DNA from: Eledone cirrhosa
Lineage: Eukaryota
NCBI GenBank assembly: GCA_964016885.1
Contig: OZ024749.1
Location: 27,280,001-27,344,000, forward strand
Reading direction: 5' to 3'
Length of the DNA stretch: 64,000 nucleotides
Translations under genes and position numbers: made by a program
Notes under the pieces: generated by a model
Database searches by the model: none
Seen by the model: the letters and a program-made list of their open reading frames with translations, nothing else
Told to the model about the DNA's origin: nothing
In this document: piece after piece, positions 47,809 through 61,164 of the stretch
Layout of the letters: each line of letters starts with the position of its first letter
Position numbering within the stretch: the stretch's first letter is position 1

Positions 47809-50800
47809 ATGTTCAAGTTTATTGGTACGTTCTTCATTCACTATAGCTTTTATACACAAATATTGATAGTACTTCTAAGACCCTGTACGTTTCTCAGTTC
47901 AAATGCCGCCGAAGTCAATGAACCAACTAACTTCTACATCTCATCCTTCTAGAATCGGTAAAATAAAATATCAATGAATTAGTTAGGTTAGTGGGATGAA
48001 TTCTTCTGTTGAAAGAAAACATTAACGATCTACCATGATATGGCTCTGAAATAGGGAAGGGAAACTCGGTAGCTGAGAGTGAGAGAACTCCTTAATCACG
48101 CACGTGTCCACAAACATGAGCTAACAGCAACCTCTACGTGGTAGGTCGCCTTGCTAGAAATAGCAGCCAAACTAGTTCCACGTAGTCCTAGGTACATACA
48201 CTATGTCTGGAAAAGGATTAGGTGAAATGGACACAATTGAAATACATGATCATAGATCTCTCTCAAATATGCTATATGACCAAGGGCTATATAACATGTT
48301 GAAAATTCTACTGTCTCAAAAGTTTTCCAAATAACACCCAGGGGCGGCATGTTGGATAATGTAATATTATTGCTTGTTATTTTATATACCTAAAGCGAAA
48401 CATCCCCAAATACCGAAGTTAACAATCGATTAACCCTTCCGTGTCTATGTTAGAAATAATAAGAAATAGTAGTAGGAGTAACATCACCTGGTTTGCAATA
48501 CGTATTTATTTTACAAACACGTGAGATTGCCTATTAAGCTAAAGCAATGATATCTTATCGGATTAAGACTATTAATTGTTTATTTACAAAATTTAGAAAG
48601 AAATTAAGTTATGTATAGATCAATTTTACAAACGGGATACGAGAAAAGTATGTTAACATTCAGCACACAAATTAAAACTAGATTTTCAAATCTGTAGATT
48701 TCATTTAGAAGTTTCACCAGCCCTGCCGAAGTTATATTTAAACTAGAGGGGACAAAGAAAAATTCCGTGTGCATATTATATATATAGTTTGCCATTGCTT
48801 TGTATATATAAACACATGTGTAGAGCCTGTTGTCTCGTCAATTCTTACACAGGCCATGCAGGAAAAAAATATGGTGCTCTCCTCGCTATATCACCCCTTA
48901 CACATGGTAAATTAATATAAATAAGATAACGTTATATTTGGGGATGGTCATGTTGCCATAATTGCCAATAAAAAGAAACCGACGCACCATAAGATCTTCA
49001 CTTTATCTTTATTACTAGTTATTCCAAATTAAGGTTTGGGTTAACTAACGCATTCTGTTTGTATGGCTGTCAATCTGGAATCAATACATTACAGGAAATT
49101 GATTGAATAAACCCTAATACTAATTTATAATAAATTGATTTCTGATTATATTATTGTCTTAAATTAATTTAGAATGGGTGGCGGTGGGGAGCTGTTCTGG
49201 AAAAACCACCAAAGATATTTATTTTCGTGCTTTCTTCCCTCAAGGCCATTCAAATAGTTGGCTTTTTAAGAAATGCCGCGAATTATTTCGTAAGACATAG
49301 TATATATATATACACATATATTATGTGGTATATATATATATATGAGTTGTTATTTTGGGCTATTAAAGTCGTAGAAAATATTGGCAAGAGAGATGGGGAA
49401 GAAGATAACGAAAGTATTTCTCAACGAATGTATCAATGTTGTTGTTTAGCCAAATCAACCCTGACTGGACAAACAAAACCTAGGATGAATAAAAGTCTAT
49501 TCCAACCACGACCGCCCTTTTTTGTTAAGTCTATCTAGGATTTCTTTTGCGAGATGATTTAAGAGAGAGAGATGTGGCTGCTATTTCTAGCACATACAAG
49601 CTTCCTCACTGATGTTAGTGGTGAGGGTAGGAGGTTGTTTAGCTTTGACGGAGGATCGAACCAGATCGTATTCACTCGCTTAAAAATTACGTTAAAAAAA
49701 TATCTATAATATTAATTCATATACAAACATGATATGTGAATGAAAGAAAAAGTAATTTCGGTAAGGTGTTTGAGTTAGATAAATATATATATTTATATGA
49801 AATTTCTTGATTGATTTTTATAATAGATATCAATATTATTATTCAACTTACCATCTTTAAAGGGTTTTCACTGTTGCCTGTAAGAAAACAACAGTAAATA
49901 AGAAATGCTAGTTCCTTCCTTTCTTCCACCCCAGCCAACTTTGCACTGGACACAAGCGTGACGTAGTTAATTATTCCGACAATTGACCAATCGCTGCTCA
50001 CTATTCCGCCGGGGGTGAGAGCTGATTGGTCAGTTTGATTTTAATTCACTTCAATATCTGACATACTTTTTTACCAGAGGACTCCATTAGTTGTTTCCTT
50101 CAACTTGGTGAAAACTTCCGACAACAGCCTGTTGTGTTGTGTTGTGTGTAATTAAACGTGTGTGACAACGTGTGTTTGTTTCCTTAAACATACATGCATA
50201 TGTATTTAGTTTTCGATGAGGAAAAGAAAGGGAGATTTTCTTTAAAAATGAATTATTATTTAAAATTTAGGGATTAGCAACAAGTAAAGTTATAGTCAAT
50301 TGCAAAAATTTCGGTGCAGTTTCAATCGTGTAGAATTCTCTAATTTATATTTTTTATTTCAAATCTTCTGCAAATAAATTTCTGAGATTATATGTGCTTA
50401 TATATATATATATATATGAAGGATTCGGGACCCCGACAGCTGAGCTCCTGCCATTTCAACAGCTAGATCCGATATATATATATATATATATATATTTCGT
50501 TTTTGAATTTGTTTTGCAAGATTTCTTGCAAAACAGATATTGCTGTACTTTGGGAGGGTAATGATACACAACACATAAAAACAAAATGGTAGACGGATTA
50601 AAGGAGAGACACAAAATAAGAAAACAGTAATTGAGGATGTTACAGAATGTGTGTCGAAAGAGCTTCGACAATATATAAGCAACTAACCGGAAATTTATAA
50701 ATTGAAGTGAAAACAAAGTGCTTGTGTTTTCATTGGCAGCATGACCCTCCCAAGGTATAACAATTGTATATATATATATATATATATATATACTGTAATA

Positions 50801-53800
50801 TAAGTTTGGTAGAAATATCCAAGGGTAAGAGCACTCAGTCCATAGAACGAGTTAAGTATAATTAGTTACCACATATACATATATTTAAGTTTCATTGGAG
50901 TGTATAACCCAACGAAACTTAAGTACCTGTATATGACACTGTTGTAACTAATTATCTATCCATCTATATGTATATAGAAAGATATCTATATGTATGTATA
51001 TATATATATATGTTTGTGTGTGTGTATAGTAGCAGCAGAAAATGTTACATCATACAAATAGACATGCAGCATTGCCTCATCAACCACATAGCTGTCAGTA
51101 CAGTTTTGTGCATTAAAGTGGTACTACTGATCAGATAACCACTCTGTTAGATGTGTGATACATGTGAGCCGATAATAAAACAAAGAATCGACAGAAAAGT
51201 CTACAGGTGTCCTTCAAGCAAAGGAGATCACTACATACAAAAAATACAACTAGAATTAAATAGACGGCAGACTGTGCATATAAATGTTTCTCCTCTTCTC
51301 TCACTATCTCACCCATGTCTTCTACTTCTTCGGCAGTATTGGTAGAGGGCTGAGGTTAACTTTGCCTTTCATCCTTACGGGGTCGATAAAATAAAGTACC
51401 AGTAATGTACTGGGTAATTGCTGGCCTTGTGCCTAAAGTAGAAACAATTATTTAACCTTTCCAGGGCGGTGGATTGACAGTATCGATAGAGAGTCGGACG
51501 CCATGCTCTGCAACAAAGAGTTACTTCCCTTTATGATCTGAGTTCAAATCCCGCCGAAGTTAACCTTGCCTTTCATCCTTACGAGGTCGATAAAATAAAG
51601 TACCAGTAATGCACTGGAATAATTGCTGGCCTTGTGCCAAAAGTAGAAACAATTATTTAACCTTTCCACCACTAGCACTGATTAGCAGCGGATATCATTT
51701 CTTCGCTCTGTACTCCAACACGTTTCATTGACGAAAGTCAATTTTCCCCTACTTCCTTTTTTTTTCAGTACTGCATAGAACCTATTGCATTTTTGGTCCC
51801 TGAACCACCTCCCTACTCGCTGCTTTTGGCCACTCACAGAAGTAACCACATTGAAGTGGACTGGCTCATTGTCAAACACGTAGTGGTGGAGACTTCTGGT
51901 ATTCTGGGTCCTCAAACCACCTCCTTACTCACTGATATCATGATAGAGTTGGCCACTCCAGCAAGTTGGAATGGCTATTTCAACGCGTTTCCCTTTCTAT
52001 CCTCTGAGGTAACCCCTTCTCCATTCTGTCTGCTGGGACCAGGAGATGGCTTGCTCCTGGGGTTCTGCACACCAGAGAGCATTCTCCCACACTGACCAGG
52101 TTCCTACAATTGGGGTAGTGATGGTCTTATTCATTATATAAATTGAATTATATCATGTTTTCCTTTGTTATGTTGCAATGTTTGTGTTTAATACTTTGTG
52201 TCAACTTTCAAAATAATTTTTTTAATCGAGTTTCCCCGTTTCCCAATGTTAGAAAGAAACCATTGTTGTTGTTGTTGTTATTGATATTGCATTTATTTCA
52301 ATATTTACAGATATTGGAGCAAATTTAACAGGTAAGCATAACATTTCAGTCATCATATATGATATATATATTTACATATTATCTATCTAGTATAGGAATC
52401 GATCAACAACATCTCCCGTTTTTTTATCGAGTGGAGTGGAACTTATCAATGTTTCCATTGGTCTTTCCATTGCTGATACCATCTACTGATCGCAACTCCT
52501 GGAAGAAAGAGCAACGTAAAATAAAGTGTCTTGCTCAAGGGCCTAATACATTGCCCGGTCCGAGAATCGAACTCACAACTTGACGCTTACTAATCTAACT
52601 CTCTAACCGCTAAACCTTCACTATGTGTCTAATAAATATATTTGTATAAATATATATAAATAGAAATCATTTAAGGGCCGTGGATTGGCAGTATCGGTAG
52701 AGCGTCGGATAACATGCTTTCTGACATAGAGTTACGGCCCTTTGCTTTTCATCCTCATGGCGTCGATAAATTAAAGTACCAGTAACGTACTGGAGTTGAT
52801 TTAATCGACTTTCCCCTCCCCCCAAAATTGTTGGCCTTGTGCCTAAATCAGAAATTCTTATATAGAAGCACCAACAGTTCTAATAATGGGCTCTGTTTCA
52901 CCATTTTTTACAGACCCAATGTATGAAGGCAGTTACCATGGTAGTAAGAAGCATGAAGGTAAGTTATCTCCCTTACTACACTATATGTAAATGTGTGTGT
53001 ACGTGGAAGGGGTCTGATTTAGCAGTGTCTAGGTCTCTGCCTTCTGAGTTTAAATCCCACCAAGGTCTACTTTACTTTTCACCCCTTAAAGGTCAATAAA
53101 GAAATTATCTGTCCAATCTAGTGCTGGTGAACCCCTTTCTCTTTCCAACTGTTAATTCATAGATGTTACACTGGATCAAAGGTACGAGGGTGGATGGGGT
53201 GTCTGTGTCTCTTGCAACTGCATGGGCACATACAACCCTTAGTGAATGCATGGTATATATTACTAAGACATACTCGATTGTGAGTATGGCTTGTCCCTGT
53301 AAATAGTTATTTCACCAAAGTTACTCTTAATCCTGTATATCATTTGTACATATATACTGAAAATATTCTTCTATGTGTCAGTAATCAACATAAATTATAG
53401 GGTTTCTCTTTTGGGTGCTTTTTATCATGGTACCAATGCAACCACCTTACAGCGTGGACTGGGTACTTGTTATCATGGAACTGAAATGATCACTTTATAG
53501 GATGGACAAGGCTAATTTTTTGTCATGTCACCACCACGAACACCTTACAGGATGGACAGGGCGATTATTTTGTCATGTCACCACCACGACCACCTTACAT
53601 GATGGACAGGGCGATTTTTTGTCAGGGTGAACTGGGTGCTTTTTGTCATGGCACAAGCCAGGACCACTAGTAATTGAATAAAAGATTTAATTTGAAGGAA
53701 TTTTTTTTTCCATTCTGATTCCATTAAGTCTGTCACAGCATGGCCTCAGCCGGATGGCTGAAACAGGTAAAAGAGTAAAAGAGTAAAACATTCTTGTTTC

Positions 53801-56800
53801 CACTTAATTCTTTATCTGTGTTTGTTGCAGGTGACTTGGATGAAGTGCTAAAAAGATCTTTTGAACAAGGACTTGAGAAGGTTTGTATTATTTATGGCAT
53901 GTTTACATTTAGCTATGGCCCTTTACATTCTGAGTTCAAATCCCATTGATGTTAACTTTGCTTTTCATCCTTAAAGTATCTTCGGGTTTGGGTGTGGGGT
54001 CTAGAGAATGATCTTAGTTGATGTTGATTTGGTGTCAAAACAGGAACTTCTATTGGCAATATTAATAAGGAGGAGATTAGGGGAGATTTGTCTGTTATTT
54101 CTAATAGTCAGGGAGGTGGGCAGTTGAAGAATGATCATAGTTGATGTTGGCAATATTAATAAAGAGGGGGATTTGGCTATTATTTCTAGCAAGTCAAGAT
54201 AGAAATTTTCTCATAGGCTTGATTTAGGTCTGTTCAATAAGATCACAACAACAATAACTACAACAATCATAAAAGTATTTTAGACAACCTTTCTGTTATG
54301 TATACAGTGAGGGAGGGAAAGTGTGTTACTGTGAAATATGTTCACTTTCTTACTAATCATGTTTATGGAAGTAAATCTAATCCACATGCCACCACCATAG
54401 ATGAAACCTAAGGGTCAGTTCACCTTGTGGTCCCAGCAGATAGGATAGAGAAGACATTGCCCTGAAGGATGATGAGGGAAACACTGAAACAATAAGGAAT
54501 TAATATAAATCTACTCTCCTTTTCAGATTATGATAACTGGGGGTAACCTTGAAGAATCTCAAAAAGGTCTGGAATTGGCCAAGACACATGGTTTGTGAAC
54601 CTTTTTTATGTTTATTTATTTAGGTTTTTAACCCTTTTAGTATCAAACCACATGAAATTACCCTTGGTTCTTTGATACAAACTGTTTGTTTAAAATTCTG
54701 TTATAATTTTATGTAAGAACCTCTGCTAAGTTCTAAACACCTACTCAATAATAAGAAAGTTCATTATCATCATCATTTTACGTCCGCTTTTCCCTGCTTG
54801 CAAGGGTGGGATGGGAACTGATTCTGGCTTGATTTCTACAGCTGGATGCCCTTCCTAACACCAACCTCATCTACAGTGAGTGCTGGGTGCTTTTTTGCCG
54901 TGGCACCTCCACGACCATTTTGCAGTGGAATGATATGGACCCCAGTCCCTATCATCTCATTTCTACAGCTGAGTAAACTAGAGCAATGTGAAATAAAGTG
55001 TCTTGCTCAAGGAAACAACACATCACCCGGTCTGAGAATTGAATTCTCAACCTTTCGATTGCAAGGCCAATGCTCTAACCACTAAGCCATGTGCCTCGAT
55101 AGTTACTTATATTAATAAATCTCTCCCTTGTTGATATTGCAGTTGTGGTAATTGTTGTTGTAATTGTAGCAGCTGTTATTGTACCTATTCTAGTTGTAAT
55201 TATTGTTGTTGCTATAGCTGTTGTTATTGCTGTAACTGTTGTTGTTGCTGTTGCAATTCCAGATCGTTTGTTCAGCACTGCTGGATGTCATCCGACCAGA
55301 TGTGGAGAGTTTGAGGAATCCGGTGATCCAGAGAAATACCTTCAGGACTTTACATCTCTTATTCTGAACAACAAGGACAAAATTGTAGCAGTAGGAGAAT
55401 GTGGTTTAGGTAAATGATGGTTTAAATAATTTAAAACTCTCATAAAATGTTTTATGTTACATTACATAGGATTCTCAGACTCAGAAAATATCAAACACTG
55501 TGTCACAGTCCCTGCCCCTAAGATTTGTGTAGTTCTAAATTTACTTAAAATAAACCTCTTCCTCCTCACTGTCCCATCAACATTATTACCATCATCACTG
55601 GTGGATTGGCAGTATCGGTAGGGGGTCGGACGCCATGCTTTGCAGCATAGAGTTATGGCCCTTTATGATCTGAGTTCAAATCCCGCCGAGGTTAACTTTG
55701 CCTTTCATCCTTACGGGGTCGATAAAATAAAGTACCAGTAATGCACTGGGATAATTGCTGGCCTTGTGCCAAAAGTAGAAATAATTATTACCATCATCAC
55801 TATCATTATTATCACCATCTCAATCATCATCATCATACTTTAATCAATGCCTTTAAAATTTTTATTTGTTTTCTCAGATTATGATCGTCTGCATTTCTGT
55901 CCAAAAGACATTCAACTGAAGTAAGTAACATTCCTTGATTTATATTGTTGTTGGTGTTATTATTGGCAGAATTGTGAAGTCATCTGTGTTCAAATCTTGT
56001 TCAGGTCAACTTGACTTTTCATCCTCCCAGGTTTGATAAAAAAAAGTACCAGACTACTACTGGGAGTCAGTAGACTGACTTTCCCTTCCCCTTAAATTGC
56101 TGACCTTATGCATCAATAAAATAAAGTATCTGTAACACACTGGGGTTGATTTAGTCAACTTTCCCTCCCCTCTCCTTAAATTGCCGACCTTGAACCTATA
56201 TTAGACACCATTATTATTATTATTATTATTAGACTGGTGGTGGATTGGCAGTGTCGGTAGAGGGTCAGACACCATGCTTTCCAGCATAGTTACGTCCCTT
56301 TACGATCTGAGTTCAAATCCCGCCGAGGTTGACTTTGCCTTTCATCCTTACGGGGTCGATAAAATAAAGTACCAGTAATGCACAGGGTAATTGGTGGCCT
56401 TGTGCCTAAAGTAGAAACAATTATTAAAGCATTGGACAATATACTTCACAGCATAGAGTTACGACCCTTTACGTTCTGAGTTCAAATCCCGCCAAGGTTA
56501 GCTTTGCTTTTCATCCTTACAAGGGGGGGGGGGGGGGGGGGGGGTCGATAAAAAAGCACCAGTAGTGCATTAGGGTGGATTTAGTCGACTTTTCCCTTAC
56601 CTTCAAAATTACTGGCCTTGTGCCTAAAGTAGAAACAATTATTATTATTATTTATTTTCAGATACTTTGAGAAACAGTTTGATATTGCTGAACAGGTGAA
56701 GCTGCCAATGTTTCTACATTCCAGGAACTGTGCTGATGATTTCTTGGACATCATCAAAAGGAACAAACAACGTATTACTGGCGCTGTGGTAAGATGAGCC

Positions 56801-59800
56801 TCTGATCTCACTCTTTAATACTAACTCAAGCTTCTGATCCATAATCCTTGGATCAAAATATTACTGAAATTGAACCTCTGATCTCAATTTTACTAACTCA
56901 AAACTCTGAAAACTTATATAAACACACACACAACACATTATGTTCAATTTACCTCACTCTGATCCTCTTGCCAGCCTCTCCTTTTTATTTTAGGTCCATT
57001 CTTTCACAGGAAGTAAAGAGGAAGCTGCTGCCCTCATTGAACAAGGTCTTTATATTGGCATCAATGGATGGTGAGTGGCATTAATGTATTCTCTTCATTT
57101 ATTTTGTATCAGAACTGAACCAACATTTGAAAACACTGATTTATTGGGGCGGGTTCTTATCAATGTTGACATAATTATCTCTTTAGCATTTACATTACTC
57201 TGTATATATTATTGTATTTTCACGGTAAACACTTTATTTTACATAATATCAAATCTACAAGATTTTGATATTTATTTTGAGAATAACACCTTAACATAAG
57301 TATGAGCAGCCGGTTACAGCCAGTTTGAACAGAAAGAGGTGAGAGAATTCTGGTTGGATAAGGTCAATTTAAATGTTAAAGGGTTAAACATTGCTGAAAG
57401 ATAAGTGTATAAAATGGCTGATGTTACGAAGGGCATCTGATTGTAAAACATTGTCTAAAAACATCTTGTCCAAACCATGTCAACATGGAAAAGTGTACGT
57501 AAATATGATGACGATATAGGCACTGAATTGGCTGAGTCATTAGCATGTTGAATAGAATGCTTTGTGGTATTTATTCCAGCTCTGTGTGCTCCGAGTTCAA
57601 CTTTACATTACATTCTTTCGAGATAGAAAAAAAAAAGTACCAGTTTACTACTAGGTTGATTCTTCCTCTATATCACTTCCTCACTTTCCTTCTCTGGTAG
57701 AAATCCACTAAGCTCAATCTTGAAGAATGGGCTCTGTTATGTTTAAAGACTGGCAGGTGTAGAATCAGTCGGCTGAAGTGTGCACATGACATGGTCGGTG
57801 GATTGGCAGTATCGGTAGAAGGTCGAACGCCATGCTTCGACGCATAGAGTTACGGCCCTTGCCATTCCGAGTTCAAATCCTGCCGAGGTTAACTTTGCCT
57901 TTCATCCTGACGGGGTCGATAAAATAAAGTACCAGTAATGCACTGGGTAATTGCTGGCCTTGTGCCAAAAGTAGAAACAATTATTTAACTTGTCAAAAGA
58001 TGACCTCCAGCTGAACTTGTGTATGTATGTATGTATATATATATATATATATATATACACTTTCTCTAAGACCATTTTCTAAGAATATGAATAAATATCT
58101 TTATACAATACTAGACATGTCTTATAAGAGAGGGAATAAGGTATTTCAATTTAATTGTGTTGGTAGTTAATATAACTCTACAAAAAGTCAATGATTTGTC
58201 CTCTTCACTTTTGTGATTTCACATTTCTTTTTAATTAATGAAAGTTCCTTGAAAACTGAAGAAAACATTGAAGCAATGTGCTCAATACCATTGGAATGGA
58301 TGATGATAGAAACAGGTAAGGAATGGAAGGTTCTTTCATGTTTCAGCAATTTTTTTCTTTTGATTTTGATTTTGAAGGCATACTGCTACTTCTCCAAATT
58401 GTCTCAGGAAAGAATTGCTGGACAGATTTTACAGGCAATACCAACTGGCAAGAGATGCAAGGGTAGACCCCAAGCAAGGTGGTTGGATAACATCCATGAG
58501 CTTGGGGATCCAGCCGGATCAGTTGGAGATGGTTCCTTGACAGGACTCTACCCACTTATTCCTGAGAGGGTTGTGGTGACAAAGAAGAAGGCATGGCCTA
58601 GTGGTTAGTTTGTTGGACTTAAAGGTCATAATGTATATCATGATAGTACCTCCTACAACTCTATCAGGAGTTGAGGGTCCACAGCATAGCATGGGATTTT
58701 GCCTCAAATTGGAGACCTCAGGTGTCCTTGGCCTCCACACTGTTGATTTCCTTTGCAAATTTGGAAAGACAGCAGCCTGTTTGAGGAAAGAGCTCAAGGT
58801 GGGGTGACTGTTGCAGTGGGTGTCGCTTCCCACTCTCCGCAGCAATACCTTTGCCATTTTGTCAGTGGGGTGCAGCTCTAGACTAGGGTGTAGCGCTTGT
58901 AACCCCCCCCCCCCTACTTTGTTGCTTAATTCTTTTTATTTACTGTTTCTTTTCCTTTTTGGGGGGTGGTGGCCTTATTGCCATGTATATTGTAGTTTTT
59001 GTCACATTTTCTATATATTTAGTCTGAATTTGCCAGTTTGAGAAATGAATTTATATATATAATGATGATAAAAATACTAAATATAATAATTGTTTCTACT
59101 TTAGGCACAAGGCCAGCAATTACCCAGTGCATTACTGGTACTTTATTTTATCGACTAAATATAATAATGAAAGGGTTAAACCAACCATAACAACACTGCT
59201 TCAGTATGGCCACAACCAGTTGTCTGGAATCAGTACCCTGAATTGACTTTTTTCCCCTCCCCCTCCTAAAACCATTTTATTCTTCCAGATGCTCCTTGGT
59301 GTGAAATTCGACCGACCCATGCAGGAGCCAAACACATCAAGACAACTTTCCCCACAAAGAAGAAAGAAAAATGGGAAAAAGGTTTCTGTGTAAAAAGTCG
59401 AAATGAGCCTGCAAATATTATGTAAGTAGCTCAACACGTGTCATATATGATTGGAGAACTGTGAGACTGTCCAGTTTATTATTTTACATCACATTATTAA
59501 AATAAGTTGGATTACTTTGAATAAATCATAAATGAATATTATATAATTTATCTACTAAATTTCTTAGCTCTTAATTAAACATAAATAATCTTATATATAG
59601 TATATTGCTCATTTCAAGATTCACTTCTGTTAGATATGATACATAAATTGAATGCTGTGTGCATATATATTTGTGTATAATATCAATATGCACACTACAT
59701 ATGCTAGCAGAACACTGCCTGGGGCGGTTCTTCTGCTAGTAATAATAATTCGTTTTAACAATGGAACAAGGCCAGCAATTGATGCAGAGGATACTGTTGA

Positions 59801-60727
59801 TTAAATCGACCCCCAGTACTTGACTGGTACTTTTTGTTTAATAAAGGCACATAGCTTAGTGGTTAGAGCATTGGCCTTGCAATCGAAAGGTTGTGAGTTC
59901 AATTCTCAGACCGGGTGATGTGTTGTTTCCTTGAGCAAGACACTTTATTTCACATTGCTCCAGTTTACTCAGCTGTAGAAATGAGATGATAGGGACTGGG
60001 GTCCCTATCATTCCACTGCAAAGTGGTCGTGGAGGTGCCACGGCAAAAAAGCACCCAGCACTCACTGTAAATGAGGTTGGTGTTAGGAAGGGCATCCAGC
60101 TGTAGAAATCAAGCCAGAATCAGTTCCCGTCCCACCCTTGCAAGCAGGGAAAAGCGGACGTAAAATGAGATGATGATGAAAGTGTTCAGTAATGGACTAT
60201 AAAATATAGTTAACTCACTGTCACTAACATAATAATAATAATGGTTTCTGATTTAGGCACAAGGCCAGCAATTTGAAGGGAAAGGGAAAGTCGATTAAAT
60301 TGACCCCACTGCATTACTGTTTTTTTAAATTTTATCAACCCTGTAAAGATGAAAGGCAAAGCTAACCTTGGTAGGATTTGGACTCAGAATGTATAGCACT
60401 GAAACAAATACTGCAAAACATTTGTCCACTCTTCTAACGATTCTGCCAATCCTCTACCTTCAGATAATAGTAATAATATAGGCAAACCCTATATTGTCCC
60501 TGCTCAATTGTCAACACTGAAGCCTCTGGTCTCTTACTACTTTCACTTTTAGAGTCATGGTATTTGTATCAGTTGTTCCAATACTGTAGTAATTTGATTT
60601 ATTTGTCTATTTCTGTTGTTTCAGCCAAGTATTGGAAGTGATAGCAGCAGCACGCTCTGAAGATATCCACACAGTGGCTGAAACAGTCTATAAAAATACC
60701 ATGGATATGTTCTTCAATACATCTTGA
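47809..60727 (+). CDS. TATDN1: TatD DNase domain-containing 1, 12 coding exons, 298 aa
   Basis: Exons 47809-47824, 52311-52331, 52914-52958, 53831-53880, 54527-54590, 55263-55409, 55878-55920, 56662-56788, 56994-57070, 58245-58315, 59289-59421, 60625-60727; phases consistent; 897 nt. [64 protein letters not shown]. The first exon is the least certain. Confidence 0.93.
51780..52040 (+). mobile_element. CRE-like (restriction-like endonuclease) non-LTR retrotransposon 3' relic
   Basis: [11 protein letters not shown]...then in another frame [23 protein letters not shown], matching the CRE C-terminal VET.G.LG...QR.S.A..RGNA.SI motif. Confidence 0.6.
54761..55097 (-). mobile_element. SINE family A, full length
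   Basis: Reverse complement of 28519-28853. Confidence 0.88.
55599..55790 (+). mobile_element. SINE family B (other copies 51335-51660, 52680-52860, 56237-56640, 57797-57990)
   Basis: ggtggattggcagtatcggtag...gagttcaaatcccgccgagg...ggccttgtgcc.aaagtagaaa.aattatt. Confidence 0.82.
58390..58510 (+). mobile_element. RTE-type 3' fragment of another family
   Basis: [29 protein letters not shown]. Confidence 0.6.
59845..60179 (+). mobile_element. SINE family A, full length
   Basis: Near-identical to 28519-28853. Confidence 0.88.
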
Positions 60728-61013
60728 TACATATATACACACACACACACCTGTCCCAAATGCTTACTAACACGCACACAATTCTGAATGCTTCTAACAG
60801 AGTGGACACTCCACTAAAGATACCCAAGAGTCAAGTAATAATGTTAAAATAGATGATAGATTAAATTTACCACTCTGTGACTCTTAATTCAGCAATCCTG
60901 TGCCCTTACTCCAACAGAAGTCCCTCATGTCCCTTTCAACCCCGTCATATATTTAGCCAGATACTAAACAGCAACATTTCAAAACAAAAATACACAAAAA
61001 CCTGCAAAAGAAG

Positions 61014-61056
61014 AATAAAAATAAAAACTGTAATTGATGGTGTTTTTGTTTTTATT
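61014..61056. terminator. Convergent poly(A) signals of TATDN1 (+) and TMEM214 (-)
   Basis: AATAAA on + at 61014 and 61020; AATAAA on - at 61051-61056; each followed by a U-rich tract on its own strand. Confidence 0.6.
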
Positions 61057-61164
61057 CAAACAAATATTTTTTGTGTTTTTTTCCTCAATTTTTTCTTGTT
61101 TTGTTTTAATGGTTTTCAACAAATTAAAAAAAAATCAAAAACTCTTCCAAATTGCAGCCGATTC

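Noticed and set aside
58213-58608. TatD-RTE fusion ORF
   Set aside because: Chance read-through of TATDN1 exon 10 into an intronic LINE scrap; a strong donor exists at 58316.
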